From Propionibacteriaceae bacterium (GTDB lineage Bacteria; Actinomycetota; Actinomycetes; Propionibacteriales; Propionibacteriaceae): DNA of 64,000 nucleotides. The stretch covers positions 56,537 to 120,536 of the forward strand of contig JAFKJK010000012.1 in the NCBI GenBank assembly GCA_017306015.1. Reading direction: 5' to 3'. A program made the position numbers and the translations under genes. The notes below the pieces were generated by a model. The model searched no databases and was not told the origin of the DNA. It saw nothing but the letters and a program-made list of their open reading frames with translations. Of this stretch, positions 48,759 to 57,696 are shown piece after piece (within the stretch, counting starts at the first letter, position 1; every line of letters starts with the position of its first letter).

Positions 48759-49439
48759 ATGGTGCTGCCGCTGTTGCTGCCGGACTGGCTCGACCCCGAG
48801 TTCCTGCTGCGGTCGCTGGGCAACTGGGCCCTGTGGGGCGCGGCGTTCATCATCTTCATCGAGTGCGCGATCTTCCCGGTCCTGCCGGGTGACTCACTGC
48901 TGTTCACCGTCGGCATGTTCATCGCCCAGGACCCGCCGATCATCAGCTTCGACGGCCTCAGCCAGCCCGCCACCCTGGCCGTCTCGATCCTGGTCCTGAT
49001 GGTCGCCGCCGTGGCCGGCAACGTCGTCGGCTACTGGGTGGGCAAGACGGTCTCGCCGTGGCTGTTCAAGCCGCGTCCCGGCTTCATCGGCAAGGTGTTC
49101 TCGGCCAAGCACCTGTCCCAGACCCACGACTTCTTCGAGCGCTACGGCTCGAAGGCGCTGGTCCTGGGCCGTTTCGTCCCGTTCGTCCGGACGTTCGTCA
49201 CGATGGTGGCCGGCGCGGCCGGGATGAGCTTCCGCACCTTCATCACCTGGACCGGGATCGGCGCGGTGATCTGGGCGGCCGGCGTGACCCTGCTCGGCTA
49301 CTTCCTGGGCACGATCCCGTTCATCGCCCACAACATCGACGCCGTCCTGGTGGCGATCGTGCTGGTCTCGGTGATCCCGATGGCCGTCGAGGCCTTCCTG
49401 GCCCGGCGGCGCTCGAAGGCGGAAGCCGCAGAGGGCTGA
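48759..49439 (+). CDS. DedA-family membrane protein
   Basis: FIECAIFPVLPGDSLLFTVG and GRFVPFVRTFVTMVAGAAGMSF are typical of DedA/SNARE-associated proteins. The start is uncertain (GTG 48711, GTG 48744 or ATG 48759). Confidence 0.8.
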   Translation: MVLPLLLPDWLDPEFLLRSLGNWALWGAAFIIFIECAIFPVLPGDSLLFTVGMFIAQDPPIISFDGLSQPATLAVSILVLMVAAVAGNVVGYWVGKTVSPWLFKPRPGFIGKVFSAKHLSQTHDFFERYGSKALVLGRFVPFVRTFVTMVAGAAGMSFRTFITWTGIGAVIWAAGVTLLGYFLGTIPFIAHNIDAVLVAIVLVSVIPMAVEAFLARRRSKAEAAEG

Positions 49440-50329
49440 TGCCGCTCCCGCGCACCGGCATGGGGTGGATGCCCGGCGCTGCCGACACCCGTCCGCCCGC
49501 CTCGGCGGCCGAACTGGACGCAGCTGTCTCGGTGCTGGCCGGCCACCGGATCGCCGCGCTCACCGGAGCCGGATTGTCCACCGACTCCGGCCTGCCGGAC
49601 TACCGCGGCCCGGACGCCGCCCCGCGCAACCCGATCACCTACGCCCAGTTCGTCGGGGACGCGGCGTTCCGCAGGCACTACTGGGCACGCAACCACGTCG
49701 GCTGGCGGCACATGGCCGGGACGCGCCCCAATGCGGCCCACGTCGCCCTGGCCCGGCTGGAGGCGGCCGGCGTGGTCACCGGCGTGATCACCCAGAACGT
49801 CGATCGGCTGCACCAGCGTGCCGGGTCGCAGCGGGTGATCGACCTGCACGGGCACTACGACCTCGTCCGGTGCCTGGACTGCGGCTGGACGTGCACCCGG
49901 GCTGAGTTGGACGCGCTGCTGGCCGCCGCCAACCCGGGTTTCCGCGAGCGGGCGCTGGAGGAACTCGGCGACGTGGAGATCGCGCCGGATGCGGACGCCG
50001 TGCTGGAGCGGACCGGCGACTTCGTGGTGGTCGACTGCCCGCGCTGCGGCGGCGTCCTCAAGCCCGACATCGTCTACTTCGGCGAGTCCGTGCCGAAGGA
50101 CCGGGTGGCGGACGCGTATGCGTTGCTCGCGGACTCGGACGCGCTGCTGGTCGCCGGCACGTCGCTGGCGGTGATGTCCGGGCTGCAGTTCGTCCGCAGG
50201 GCGGCCAGGGACGGCTACCCGATCGTCATCGTGAACCGCGGTCTGACCAGGGGCGACGAGCTCGCCACCGTCCGGCTCAACGCGGGTGTCACCGATGCAC
50301 TGCCCTATCTGGCCGAGCGCCTGACCTGA
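49439..50329 (+). CDS. NAD-dependent protein deacetylase (Sir2 family)
   Basis: From ORF 49058..50329, trimmed to ATG 49439, which overlaps the DedA stop. Motifs GAGLSTDSGLPDYRG, TQNVDRLH and a Zn ribbon CLDCG...CPRCGG. Confidence 0.85.
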   Translation: MPLPRTGMGWMPGAADTRPPASAAELDAAVSVLAGHRIAALTGAGLSTDSGLPDYRGPDAAPRNPITYAQFVGDAAFRRHYWARNHVGWRHMAGTRPNAAHVALARLEAAGVVTGVITQNVDRLHQRAGSQRVIDLHGHYDLVRCLDCGWTCTRAELDALLAAANPGFRERALEELGDVEIAPDADAVLERTGDFVVVDCPRCGGVLKPDIVYFGESVPKDRVADAYALLADSDALLVAGTSLAVMSGLQFVRRAARDGYPIVIVNRGLTRGDELATVRLNAGVTDALPYLAERLT

Positions 50330-50367
50330 ACAGACGGGTCCGTCCCCGCTCACCCCGTCCCCGGTCC

Positions 50368-50487
50368 TGAACCGAAGTACCTGTCCCCGACGGTTCACCC
50401 GGTCACCGGTCCTGAACCGAAGTACCTGTCCCCGACGGTTCGCCCGGTCACCGGTTCTGAACCGAAGTACCTGTCCCCGACGGTTCA
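50368..50487. repeat. Family-1 repeat cluster E: three reverse-orientation copies, 45-bp period
   Basis: tgaaccgaagtacctgtccccgacggttca at 50368, 50413 and 50458, with the linker cccggtcaccggtcc. Confidence 0.9.
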
Positions 50488-50497
50488 GCCGGGAGGG

Positions 50498-51094
50498 TCA
50501 GTGCAGGGCGGCGTCGGGCGGGCCGACCTCCCAGGACAGGAGGCGGACGGCGAGTCCGGCGCGGGTGGGCGCGCAGACGAACGGGCCTGCCTCCAGTTCA
50601 ACGGCGGGGTCGAGCGGGACCACCCGGACGAGGCGCAGCGGCTCGGCGTCCGCCCGCGCCCTGATCGTCAGGGCGTCGCCGGTGCGGCTGACCCGGATCG
50701 TCACCGTCCGGCCGTACCAGTCGGGGACCGGCGCCACCGACCAGTCGGAGTTCGGCGCGGTGACGACGGCACCGACCTGCAGCACCCCGTCGGCGTACTC
50801 CACGCCGGCCTTCACCCAGTTCGTCTCCGACGCGCGCAGGAACACCCCGGCCTGATCGAACTGCTGGTCGAAGTCCGCCCGGAAGCTGACCTCGACCGCA
50901 CGATCGGTGGGCAGTGCCGCCAGCAGCGCGTGCTCGCTGTCGTGGACGAAGCCGTACGCCGTGGTGCGCCAGGCGTCCGAGCCCTCGACGGCGGTCACCA
51001 GCAGCGCGTCCCCGTCCTCGACGGCGGCGGCTGGCGCGTGACTCCAGCGTCCCGCCGCCCAGTCGATCCGGACGCGGGAACCCGCTTCGCTCAC
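50498..51094 (-). CDS. DUF1349-like (concanavalin-A-like lectin/glucanase fold) protein
   Basis: From ORF 50498..51331, trimmed to GTG 51094 to avoid overlapping the LemA gene. WRTTAYGFVHDSEHALL...FDQAGVFLR...NWVKAGVEY resembles DUF1349. Confidence 0.6.
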   Translation of the reverse strand: MSEAGSRVRIDWAAGRWSHAPAAAVEDGDALLVTAVEGSDAWRTTAYGFVHDSEHALLAALPTDRAVEVSFRADFDQQFDQAGVFLRASETNWVKAGVEYADGVLQVGAVVTAPNSDWSVAPVPDWYGRTVTIRVSRTGDALTIRARADAEPLRLVRVVPLDPAVELEAGPFVCAPTRAGLAVRLLSWEVGPPDAALH

Positions 51095-51098
51095 CGGA

Positions 51099-52037
51099 CT
51101 ACTGCTGGGACGGCGGCGCGTAGTTCGGCGGGTCGGACGGCGGCTGCTGGCCGGCCGGCGGCTGCTGGAACGTCTGCTCGGGCGCAGGCGGCGTGTACGG
51201 CTGCGCGGGCGGAGCGGTGTAGCCCTGGTCCGCGGGCGGCGCGTAGGGCTGCTGCGCCGGCGGGGTGTACGGCTGCTGCGCCGGCGGCGGGGTGTAGGCC
51301 GGCTGCGCTGGAGCTCCGGCGTCGAAGCCACCCGGAGCCGGGGCGCCGAAGCTGCCCTGGTCGTAGGCCTGCGGGTTCGGCAGGCCGGCCTGGCTGGACG
51401 CGGCGCCCAGCTGCTCGTTGGTCGGCTCGCTGCCCGGCCGCTGGCTGATCTCGCCGAAGCTCACCTGCGGCGCTTGGCGCATCTGCTGGTCGTTGACCTC
51501 GAAGTAGGTGGCCTTCTCGAAGTGGAACATGCCGGCGACGATGTTGGACGGGAACGCCTCGATCTGCGTGTTGTAGTTGCGGACATTGGCGTTGTAGTAG
51601 CGGCGTCCGTTGGCGATCCGGTCCTCGGTGTCGGTCAGTTCGCGCTGCAGTTCGAGGAAGTTCTGGTTGCTCTTCAGGTCGGGGTACGCCTCGACGCTCA
51701 CCATCAGGCCGCGGACGGCGCCCGACAGCTGCTCCTCCACCTCGGCCCGCTCAGGAGTCGCCTGGCCAGGGGTCGCCTGGGCCAGCGCAGCGGCCTGGTT
51801 GCGCAGCCGGGTGACGTTCTCCAAGGTGTTGCGCTCGTGCGCTGCGTAGGCACGGACGGTCTCGACGAGGTTCGGGATCAGGTCGTAGCGGCGGTTCAGC
51901 TCGACGTCGATCTGCCGCCAGGATTCCTGGATCAGGTTGCGGGAGCGGACGAAGCCGTTGTAGAGGCTGACCGCGTAGAAGGCCAGCGCGGCCACGATGA
52001 CCAGCAGGATGATGAAACCAAGCACGAAAGCTCCCAT
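51099..52037 (-). CDS. LemA-family protein with a Pro/Gln/Tyr-rich C-terminal tail
   Basis: N-terminal TM helix followed by YNGFVRSRNLIQESWRQIDVELNRRYDLIPNLVETV (LemA signature). The C-terminal ~110 aa contain PPAQQPYTP-like repeats. ATG 52037 preferred over TTG 52067. Confidence 0.85.
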   Translation of the reverse strand: MGAFVLGFIILLVIVAALAFYAVSLYNGFVRSRNLIQESWRQIDVELNRRYDLIPNLVETVRAYAAHERNTLENVTRLRNQAAALAQATPGQATPERAEVEEQLSGAVRGLMVSVEAYPDLKSNQNFLELQRELTDTEDRIANGRRYYNANVRNYNTQIEAFPSNIVAGMFHFEKATYFEVNDQQMRQAPQVSFGEISQRPGSEPTNEQLGAASSQAGLPNPQAYDQGSFGAPAPGGFDAGAPAQPAYTPPPAQQPYTPPAQQPYAPPADQGYTAPPAQPYTPPAPEQTFQQPPAGQQPPSDPPNYAPPSQQ

Positions 52038-52150
52038 CGACGGTGTCGCATCGGCGCAGTGGGCCAACGCGACTCAGCCTAGCGGTCGCCTCTGCCGCTC
52101 GGCAGGGCCCGGCGCCACGGCTATTGCTGACGCCCCAGCGTGGATCGGGG

Positions 52151-52693
52151 TCAGCTCAACCCCAGGTCGGCCAGCCCGACGGCGTAGCGGTACGGCAGCC
52201 CGGCGGCCTCGATCAGCTCGCGTGCGCCGGTGTCCCGGTCGACGATGACCGCGACGGCCACCACCTCCGCCCCGGCCTCCCGGACGGCGTCGACGGCCGT
52301 CATCACCGAGCCGCCGGTGGTCGAGGTGTCCTCGACGACGAGGACGCGGCGTCCGGAGACGTCGGTGCCCTCGATCCGTCGCTGCAGTCCGTGAGCCTTG
52401 GCCTCCTTGCGGACGACGAACGCGTCCACCCGGCGTCCGGTGTGGGCCGCGTGGTGCAGCATCGCCACCGCGACCGGGTCGGCGCCGAGGGTGAGCCCGC
52501 CGACGGCGTCGAAGTCGAGGTCGGCGACCAGCTCGGTCATAACCTCTCCGACAAGGGGTGCCGCGACCCCGTCCAGGGTGACCCGGCGGAGGTCGACGTA
52601 GTAGTCGGCCTCCCGGCCGGAGGCGAGCGTCACCCGTCCCCGGACAACGGCGAGGGTGGAGATCTGCTCGATCAGCTGGCCACGGGCACTCAT
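52151..52693 (-). CDS. pyrE: Orotate phosphoribosyltransferase
   Basis: From ORF 52151..52846, trimmed to ATG 52693. PRPP-binding motif VLVVEDTSTTGGS and the SGREADYYVD N-terminal region. Confidence 0.9.
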   Translation of the reverse strand: MSARGQLIEQISTLAVVRGRVTLASGREADYYVDLRRVTLDGVAAPLVGEVMTELVADLDFDAVGGLTLGADPVAVAMLHHAAHTGRRVDAFVVRKEAKAHGLQRRIEGTDVSGRRVLVVEDTSTTGGSVMTAVDAVREAGAEVVAVAVIVDRDTGARELIEAAGLPYRYAVGLADLGLS

Positions 52694-52721
52694 GGGACGA
52701 AGGGTAGCGGGCGGCCGCAGG

Positions 52722-53546
52722 TCACCGGTGCCGCTGCGGCGAGGAGAACCAGGTCCGGCTCCAGTTCGGCTCCGGGGACGGCCGGGCGTCCGCCTCTTCG
52801 AAGGGCTGTGCTCCCCCGAGCCAGTCGCGCAGGGTGTGCCCGGCAAGGAGCCGGTGCGGGAAGGCGGCCTGGCGCAGCCGGTCGGCCAGGGCGGCCAGTG
52901 GCAGGGCGGCGCCGGCGACGATGATCAGGTTGCCGAACCGTCGTCCCTTCAGGATCGGCACCTCCGCCACCACCGCCACCTCGGCGGCGCTGGCGACGAT
53001 GCCGGCGATGCAGCGTTTCGACCAGTCGAACGGAGCGGAGTCGGTGACGTTCATCACGAGCACACCGTCGCGCAACACCCGCACGGCATCGGCGAAGAAC
53101 ATCCTCGTGGCCAGTTCGGCGGGGACGGACGCGCCGGCGAAAGCGTCCACGACGACGGCGTCGGCACACCCGCTCGGCATCTCGGCCAGTCCGAGCCGGC
53201 CGTCGACGGCCCGGATCTTCGTGGTCGCGCGGCCGGCGAACGGCAGCTCCCGGCGGACCCGCTCGGTGAGGTCGGCGTCCGGCTCGAAGACGATCTGGGC
53301 GGTGCCGGGGCGGCGCGCCTGCACGTACCGCGGGACGGTCAGGCCGCCGCCGCCGACATGGACGATCCGCAGCGCCTGCGTCCGCGGCCGTGTCAGCAGG
53401 GCCTCGTCGAGCACCTCCGCGATCCGCTGGACGTACTCGAACTCCAGCCGCAACGGATCGGCGAGGTCGACGAAGGACTGCTCGGTCTCGCCGTTGACGA
53501 CGACGAACGCGTTGCGTCCGTCCGCCGCCGGGACGATCTCGCTCAT
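52722..53546 (-). CDS. Spermidine-synthase-like class I methyltransferase-fold protein
   Basis: From ORF 52722..54056, trimmed to ATG 53546. RIVHVGGGGLTVPRY (SAM/dcSAM-binding loop) and AVVVDAFAG motifs. Confidence 0.65.
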   Translation of the reverse strand: MSEIVPAADGRNAFVVVNGETEQSFVDLADPLRLEFEYVQRIAEVLDEALLTRPRTQALRIVHVGGGGLTVPRYVQARRPGTAQIVFEPDADLTERVRRELPFAGRATTKIRAVDGRLGLAEMPSGCADAVVVDAFAGASVPAELATRMFFADAVRVLRDGVLVMNVTDSAPFDWSKRCIAGIVASAAEVAVVAEVPILKGRRFGNLIIVAGAALPLAALADRLRQAAFPHRLLAGHTLRDWLGGAQPFEEADARPSPEPNWSRTWFSSPQRHR

Positions 53547-53655
53547 GCCAAACCCCAGCCCGGGCCGGGAGAGGGGGCCGACCCGCAGGAGTCCGAGCTT
53601 AGGGCCAGCGCATGGCCGCTGGCCCGGATTGCGCGCGGTCGCGGATAATCGGAGC

Positions 53656-54123
53656 GTGTCCTCCCCTGGCCTGGACCGGCTGACCGACCTGCTGCACACG
53701 CGGGGCGAGCGGCTGACACCGGCGCGCACCGCGGTCCTCGGCGTTCTTGAGCAGCAGGCGGGCCATCTGACCGCTGAGGAGATCGTCGACCTGGTGGCGG
53801 TCGCGGCACCGGACGTCCACCGCGCCAGCGTCCATCGCACGCTCGACCTGTTCAGCCGGCTGCGGCTCGTCCAGCACCTGCACCCGAGCCACGGCCCGGC
53901 GCTGTACCACCTCGTCGACGGCCACGGGCACGAGCACGTCCACGCCGAGTGCCGCTCGTGTGGACGGATCATCGATCTGCCGGACGGGATCCTGGACGAT
54001 GTTGCCGCGCGGCTGCTCGCCGAGACCGGTTTCGACCTGCACGCCGGCCACGTCACGCTGTCCGGGCTGTGCCGCGCCTGCCAACCTGAACCATCGGGGA
54101 CAGGTACTTCGGTTCAGCCGTGA
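53656..54123 (+). CDS. Fur-family metalloregulator, Nur-like (putative nickel-responsive)
   Basis: GTG 53656. RGERLTPARTAVLGVL, SVHRTLDLFSRLRLVQHLHPSHGPALYHL, HVHAECRSCGRIID and GLCRAC parallel the S. coelicolor Nur sequence as I recall it. The last 13 aa are encoded by a family-1 repeat. Confidence 0.8.
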   Translation: MSSPGLDRLTDLLHTRGERLTPARTAVLGVLEQQAGHLTAEEIVDLVAVAAPDVHRASVHRTLDLFSRLRLVQHLHPSHGPALYHLVDGHGHEHVHAECRSCGRIIDLPDGILDDVAARLLAETGFDLHAGHVTLSGLCRACQPEPSGTGTSVQP

Positions 54124-54235
54124 ACCATCGGGGACAGGTACTTCGGTTCAGCAACGCCGGTGAACCGAAGTACCTGTCCCCAACGGTTCAGTCCCGGTGG
54201 TTCGGTGAACCGAAGTACCTGTCCCCGGCGGTTCA
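54087..54235. repeat. Family-1 repeat cluster F (two forward and two reverse copies)
   Basis: Forward copies at 54087 and 54121, reverse copies at 54161 and 54206. The TGA of the second copy is the Fur-family gene's stop codon. Confidence 0.9.
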
Positions 54236-54320
54236 GGGGTTCACGGATGGCTCAATTGCCCGCTCTGGACGGACGGCGGTCGACCCGGTGGCGGCCTGGG
54301 CTATCGTGACGGGAGCCTTA

Positions 54321-54337
54321 TTGCGACGGAATCGCAA
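54321..54337. promoter_or_regulatory. Candidate Nur/Fur-type operator (6-5-6 palindrome)
   Basis: TTGCGA-cggaa-TCGCAA lies 17 nt upstream of the nikMN GTG start. It has the same architecture as the Nur box tTGCaa-N5-ttGCAA as I recall it. Confidence 0.5.
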
Positions 54338-54353
54338 CAACTTCGGAGGGCGT

Positions 54354-55373
54354 GTGCACATTCCTGACGGCTACCTCTCGCCGCAGACGTGTGCGGTCGC
54401 GCTCGCGGTCGCCGTGCCCGCCATCGCCGTCGCGTCCTCGAAGGTGGCCCGGGAGGTGCGCGGACGGGCGATCCCGAGACTCGCCATGCTGAGCGCGTTC
54501 AGCTTCCTGGTGATGATGTTCAACCTCCCGGTGCCGGACGGAACGACCGCCCACGCCGTCGGCTCGGTGCTGATCGCGGTCGTGCTCGGGCTCCCTGCTG
54601 CCGTGGTCGCGACATCGGTCGCCCTGCTGTTCCAGGCCCTGGTGTTCGGGGACGGCGGCGTGCTCGCCTACGGAGCGAACGTGGTCAACATGGCCCTGAT
54701 CATGCCGTTGGTGGGGCTCGCGGTCTTCCGGCTGGTCGCGGGTGGCCGTGACGCCCCGCTGCCGCGGCGGGTGATCGGGGCTGCGGTCGGTGGCTACGCC
54801 GGGATCGTCGCCGCCGGACTGGCGGTCGGCGTCCAGCTCGGCGTCCAGCCGGCGCTGTTCCACGACGCGGCCGGCGTCCCGCTGTACAACCCCTACCCGC
54901 TCTCGATGACGGTGCCGGCGATGGCATTCGCCCACCTGGTGATCGCCGGGCCGGCGGAGGCCGTCGTCAGCGCGGCCGGATACGGCTTCCTCGCCCGGAC
55001 GGGACAACTCGCGGAGGTTTCGGCGTCCCACCGCTCGGGGATGCTCGGCAACCCCGGCCTGGTCTCGCTCGGCGTGCTGGCGGTGACGCTGCTGCTGACA
55101 CCACTCGGCCTGATCGCCTCGGGCACGGCGTTCGGCGAGTGGGACGTCGACCAGTTGGCCGGTCAGGTCGGTGCCGTTCCGGCCGGCCTGGCGCAGTGGT
55201 CGCAGTGGTTCACCGGTGCAGTCCTGCCGGACTACGGCATTGTCGGAGTGGACCCGGTGGCCGGCTACTGGTTGTCCGCGCTGGCCGGTTCCCTGCTCGT
55301 CGCCGGGCTCACCTTCGGCGTCTGCTGGCTGGCGGGACGGCTTTGCCGCCGAGCCGGGATGCAGGTCGAGTGA
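54354..55373 (+). CDS. ECF-type nickel/cobalt transporter substrate-capture component, fused NikM/CbiM plus NikN-like PDGLE domain
   Basis: From ORF 54120..55373, trimmed to GTG 54354, giving the invariant CbiM/NikM N-terminus (V/M)HIPDGYL. TAHAVGSVL motif. The C-terminal part contains FGEWDVD and an extra TM helix. Confidence 0.8.
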   Translation: MHIPDGYLSPQTCAVALAVAVPAIAVASSKVAREVRGRAIPRLAMLSAFSFLVMMFNLPVPDGTTAHAVGSVLIAVVLGLPAAVVATSVALLFQALVFGDGGVLAYGANVVNMALIMPLVGLAVFRLVAGGRDAPLPRRVIGAAVGGYAGIVAAGLAVGVQLGVQPALFHDAAGVPLYNPYPLSMTVPAMAFAHLVIAGPAEAVVSAAGYGFLARTGQLAEVSASHRSGMLGNPGLVSLGVLAVTLLLTPLGLIASGTAFGEWDVDQLAGQVGAVPAGLAQWSQWFTGAVLPDYGIVGVDPVAGYWLSALAGSLLVAGLTFGVCWLAGRLCRRAGMQVE

Positions 55374-56239
55374 GCGCGTCCAGCACGCTGCCCGGCTGGC
55401 TGGCCGAGCCGGCGCCGGTGGTGATCCCGGAGCGTCGATCGCACCGCTTCCTGCGCAAGACCCTGGCCCGGCTCGAGCACCTCACGCTCGCCCTCGGCCC
55501 CGGCGGGTCCGCTCGGGGACGCTGGGATCCACGGGTGAAGCTGGTCAGCGCCCTGGTGGTACTGGTCGCGCTCGCGCTGCTGCACGACCCGGTGCTGATC
55601 AGCGCAGCGGGAATCACGCTGATCCTCCTCGCCGCGCGCCACCGGGTCGCCGGCAGCCTGGCGGTGGTGGCGACGCCGGCGCTCCTGATGACGCTGGTGC
55701 TGGTGGCTCCGGCGACGCTGTCCGCCGTCCGTCCGGGGACGGTGGTGGTGCCGCTGTGGCCGGACGGTGGCATGACGGCCGAGGGCCTGCGGAACGCGTG
55801 GATCGTGCTGGCGAGAGTGCTCGCCTGCCTGACCGTCGCCGTCCTGCTCACCCGGACCACGAGCTGGCTACGGTTGTTGGCCGCGCTGCGGGCGGTGGGC
55901 GCGCCGGCGGGCTTCGTCCTTGTGGCGACGATGGCACACCGCTACCTGAGTGTGCTGGCGGACGCGTTCGCCGACCTCCTGCTCGCGCGCAGGGCCCGCA
56001 GCGTCGGTGGGGCGACGGCGGCCGAGGACCGGCACTTCGTCGGGGCCGCCGTCGGCGCTCTGCTCGGTCGCTCGGGCGACCTCGCCGAGGAGGTGCACCA
56101 GGCGATGGTCGCTCGCGGGTTCAGCGGACGGCTGCGCGATCCGGCCCCACGTCCGCTGGCGGCCGTGGACCTGCTGCTCGGCCTGGGCTGCGTTGCCGCG
56201 TCCGCCCTGCTGCTGTGGGGCGACGTCGTTGTCCGGTGA
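55370..56239 (+). CDS. ECF transporter transmembrane (T) component, CbiQ/NikQ
   Basis: GTG 55370 overlaps the upstream stop (GTGA). Multi-TM protein with AHRYLSVLADAFADLLLARRARS, typical of CbiQ. Confidence 0.75.
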   Translation: MSASSTLPGWLAEPAPVVIPERRSHRFLRKTLARLEHLTLALGPGGSARGRWDPRVKLVSALVVLVALALLHDPVLISAAGITLILLAARHRVAGSLAVVATPALLMTLVLVAPATLSAVRPGTVVVPLWPDGGMTAEGLRNAWIVLARVLACLTVAVLLTRTTSWLRLLAALRAVGAPAGFVLVATMAHRYLSVLADAFADLLLARRARSVGGATAAEDRHFVGAAVGALLGRSGDLAEEVHQAMVARGFSGRLRDPAPRPLAAVDLLLGLGCVAASALLLWGDVVVR

Positions 56240-57029
56240 CGTCCTGCTCAGCGGAGAGCGGCTGGGCCACCGCTATCTCGACCGCTTTCCCGCGCTCGAC
56301 GACGTGTCCCTCGAGCTCCGCGAAGGCGAGGCGCTGGCGCTGCTGGGCGCGAACGGGTCCGGGAAGTCGACGCTGCTGAAGGTGCTGGCGGGGCTTGTGC
56401 CCTGCCAGTCGGGAACGCTGACGGCGTTCGGCGAGCCGGTGAGCGAAGAGGCCCTGGCCGACCATGCCACCAACGCGAGGTTCCGCAGCCGGGTGGGGCT
56501 GGTGTTCCAGAACCCGGCGGCCCAGCTCTTCTCCGCCACGGTCGAGGAGGATCTGCGGTTCGGTTGCCGCCAACTGGGGCTGGACGCGGCCGAGACCGGA
56601 CGCCGGGTCGCCGAGGCGGCCGACCTGCTGGGGATCGGCGAGTTGCTCGACCGGTCACCGGCACACCTGTCGGTCGGCCAGCAGAAGCGGGCGGCGATCG
56701 GCTCGGTGCTGGTGATGAGTCCGCAGGTGCTGCTGTTCGACGAGCCGACCGCCTCTCTCGACCCGCGGACGGCGGACTGGCTGACCGGGCTGCTGCGGTC
56801 GCTCCGCGATGCCGGACGGACGCTGGTGATCGCGACCCACGACCTGGACCTGGCCGCAGCGGTGACGGACAGGTGCCTCGTCCTGGGCGAGGACCATCGG
56901 CCGGCCGCGACGGGCCCGACCCCCGCGGTGCTGGCCGACCAGGATCTGCTGACGGAGGCCAACCTCGTCGCGCCATCGGCCTCTCGTCATCCCGGGCACC
57001 CGCCCTCGATCACCGTCGAACGCCGGTGA
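56229..57029 (+). CDS. ECF transporter ATPase, CbiO/NikO
   Basis: Walker A GANGSGKST, signature LSVGQQKRAAI, Walker B LLFDEPTASLD. The start is uncertain (TTG 56229 or CTG 56244). Confidence 0.8.
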   Translation: MSGDVLLSGERLGHRYLDRFPALDDVSLELREGEALALLGANGSGKSTLLKVLAGLVPCQSGTLTAFGEPVSEEALADHATNARFRSRVGLVFQNPAAQLFSATVEEDLRFGCRQLGLDAAETGRRVAEAADLLGIGELLDRSPAHLSVGQQKRAAIGSVLVMSPQVLLFDEPTASLDPRTADWLTGLLRSLRDAGRTLVIATHDLDLAAAVTDRCLVLGEDHRPAATGPTPAVLADQDLLTEANLVAPSASRHPGHPPSITVERR

Positions 57030-57109
57030 CACCCCATGTGATCCCGGCTGACGTCGGGAGATCACCAACCCTCTGTTCGCACTAGTACTGCATCATCTAG
57101 GATGCGGCC

Positions 57110-57340
57110 ATGCGCACCACTGTTGATCTGCCGCCGGCCGTCCATCGCCGAGCCCGGGAACTGGCCGCCCAGCGCGGCGTCTCGCTGTCCTCCGTCCTCT
57201 CCGACCTCACCGTCCGCGGTCTCGCGCAACTGGACGCCCCGGTCAAGCTGATCACCGACCGGGTCACCGGCCTGCCGATGCTGACACTGGGACGGAAGGT
57301 CACGGCCGCCGACGCCGCGTCCGGGATGGCCGAGAAATGA
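57110..57340 (+). CDS. Type II antitoxin (VapB-like)
   Basis: 76 aa; MRTTVDLPPAVHRRARELAAQRGVSLSSVLSDL resembles actinobacterial VapB-type antitoxins. 4-bp overlap with the downstream PIN-like ORF. Confidence 0.7.
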   Translation: MRTTVDLPPAVHRRARELAAQRGVSLSSVLSDLTVRGLAQLDAPVKLITDRVTGLPMLTLGRKVTAADAASGMAEK

Positions 57341-57696
57341 CCGTCCTGCTGGACGGCCCGGTGCTGGCCGCGCTGGTGATCGCCGAGCACGAACAGCACG
57401 ACCGGGCGTCCGCCTGGTTCGCCGGGGTGGACGCGTTCGCCGTCTGCCCGCAGACCGAGGCCGCCCTGCTGCGGTTCCTGCTGCGGCTCGGCGAGTCCCC
57501 CGCGACCGCGCTGGCCGTGCTGGCAGGGATCAGGGAGCACCCGGCCTGCGAGTTCTGGCCGGATGACCTCAGCCACACCGCGCTGGACCCGTCCCTACTG
57601 GGTGGGGCCGATCAGTTCGGCCGCACCTACCTGGAGGCGCTGGCCGCGGCCCACTCTGCCGATCTCGCGACGCTCGATGCCATCCATGAGTCCTGA
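57337..57696 (+). CDS. PIN-domain (VapC-like) toxin, possibly degenerate
   Basis: 119 aa; MTVLLDGPVLAALV (first acidic residue) and LATLD near the C-terminus. Where VapC usually has TD.YL, this protein has GRTYL. It is short, and its 3' end overlaps the next gene by 11 nt. Confidence 0.5.
   Translation: MTVLLDGPVLAALVIAEHEQHDRASAWFAGVDAFAVCPQTEAALLRFLLRLGESPATALAVLAGIREHPACEFWPDDLSHTALDPSLLGGADQFGRTYLEALAAAHSADLATLDAIHES

Noticed and set aside
52722-54123. Full-length 444-aa (minus) and 429-aa (plus) ORFs across 52.7-54.1 kb
   Set aside because: Only the 3' portions have recognisable domains (a spermidine-synthase-like fold from ATG 53546; a Fur family protein from GTG 53656). The remainders are mutually antisense and low-complexity.
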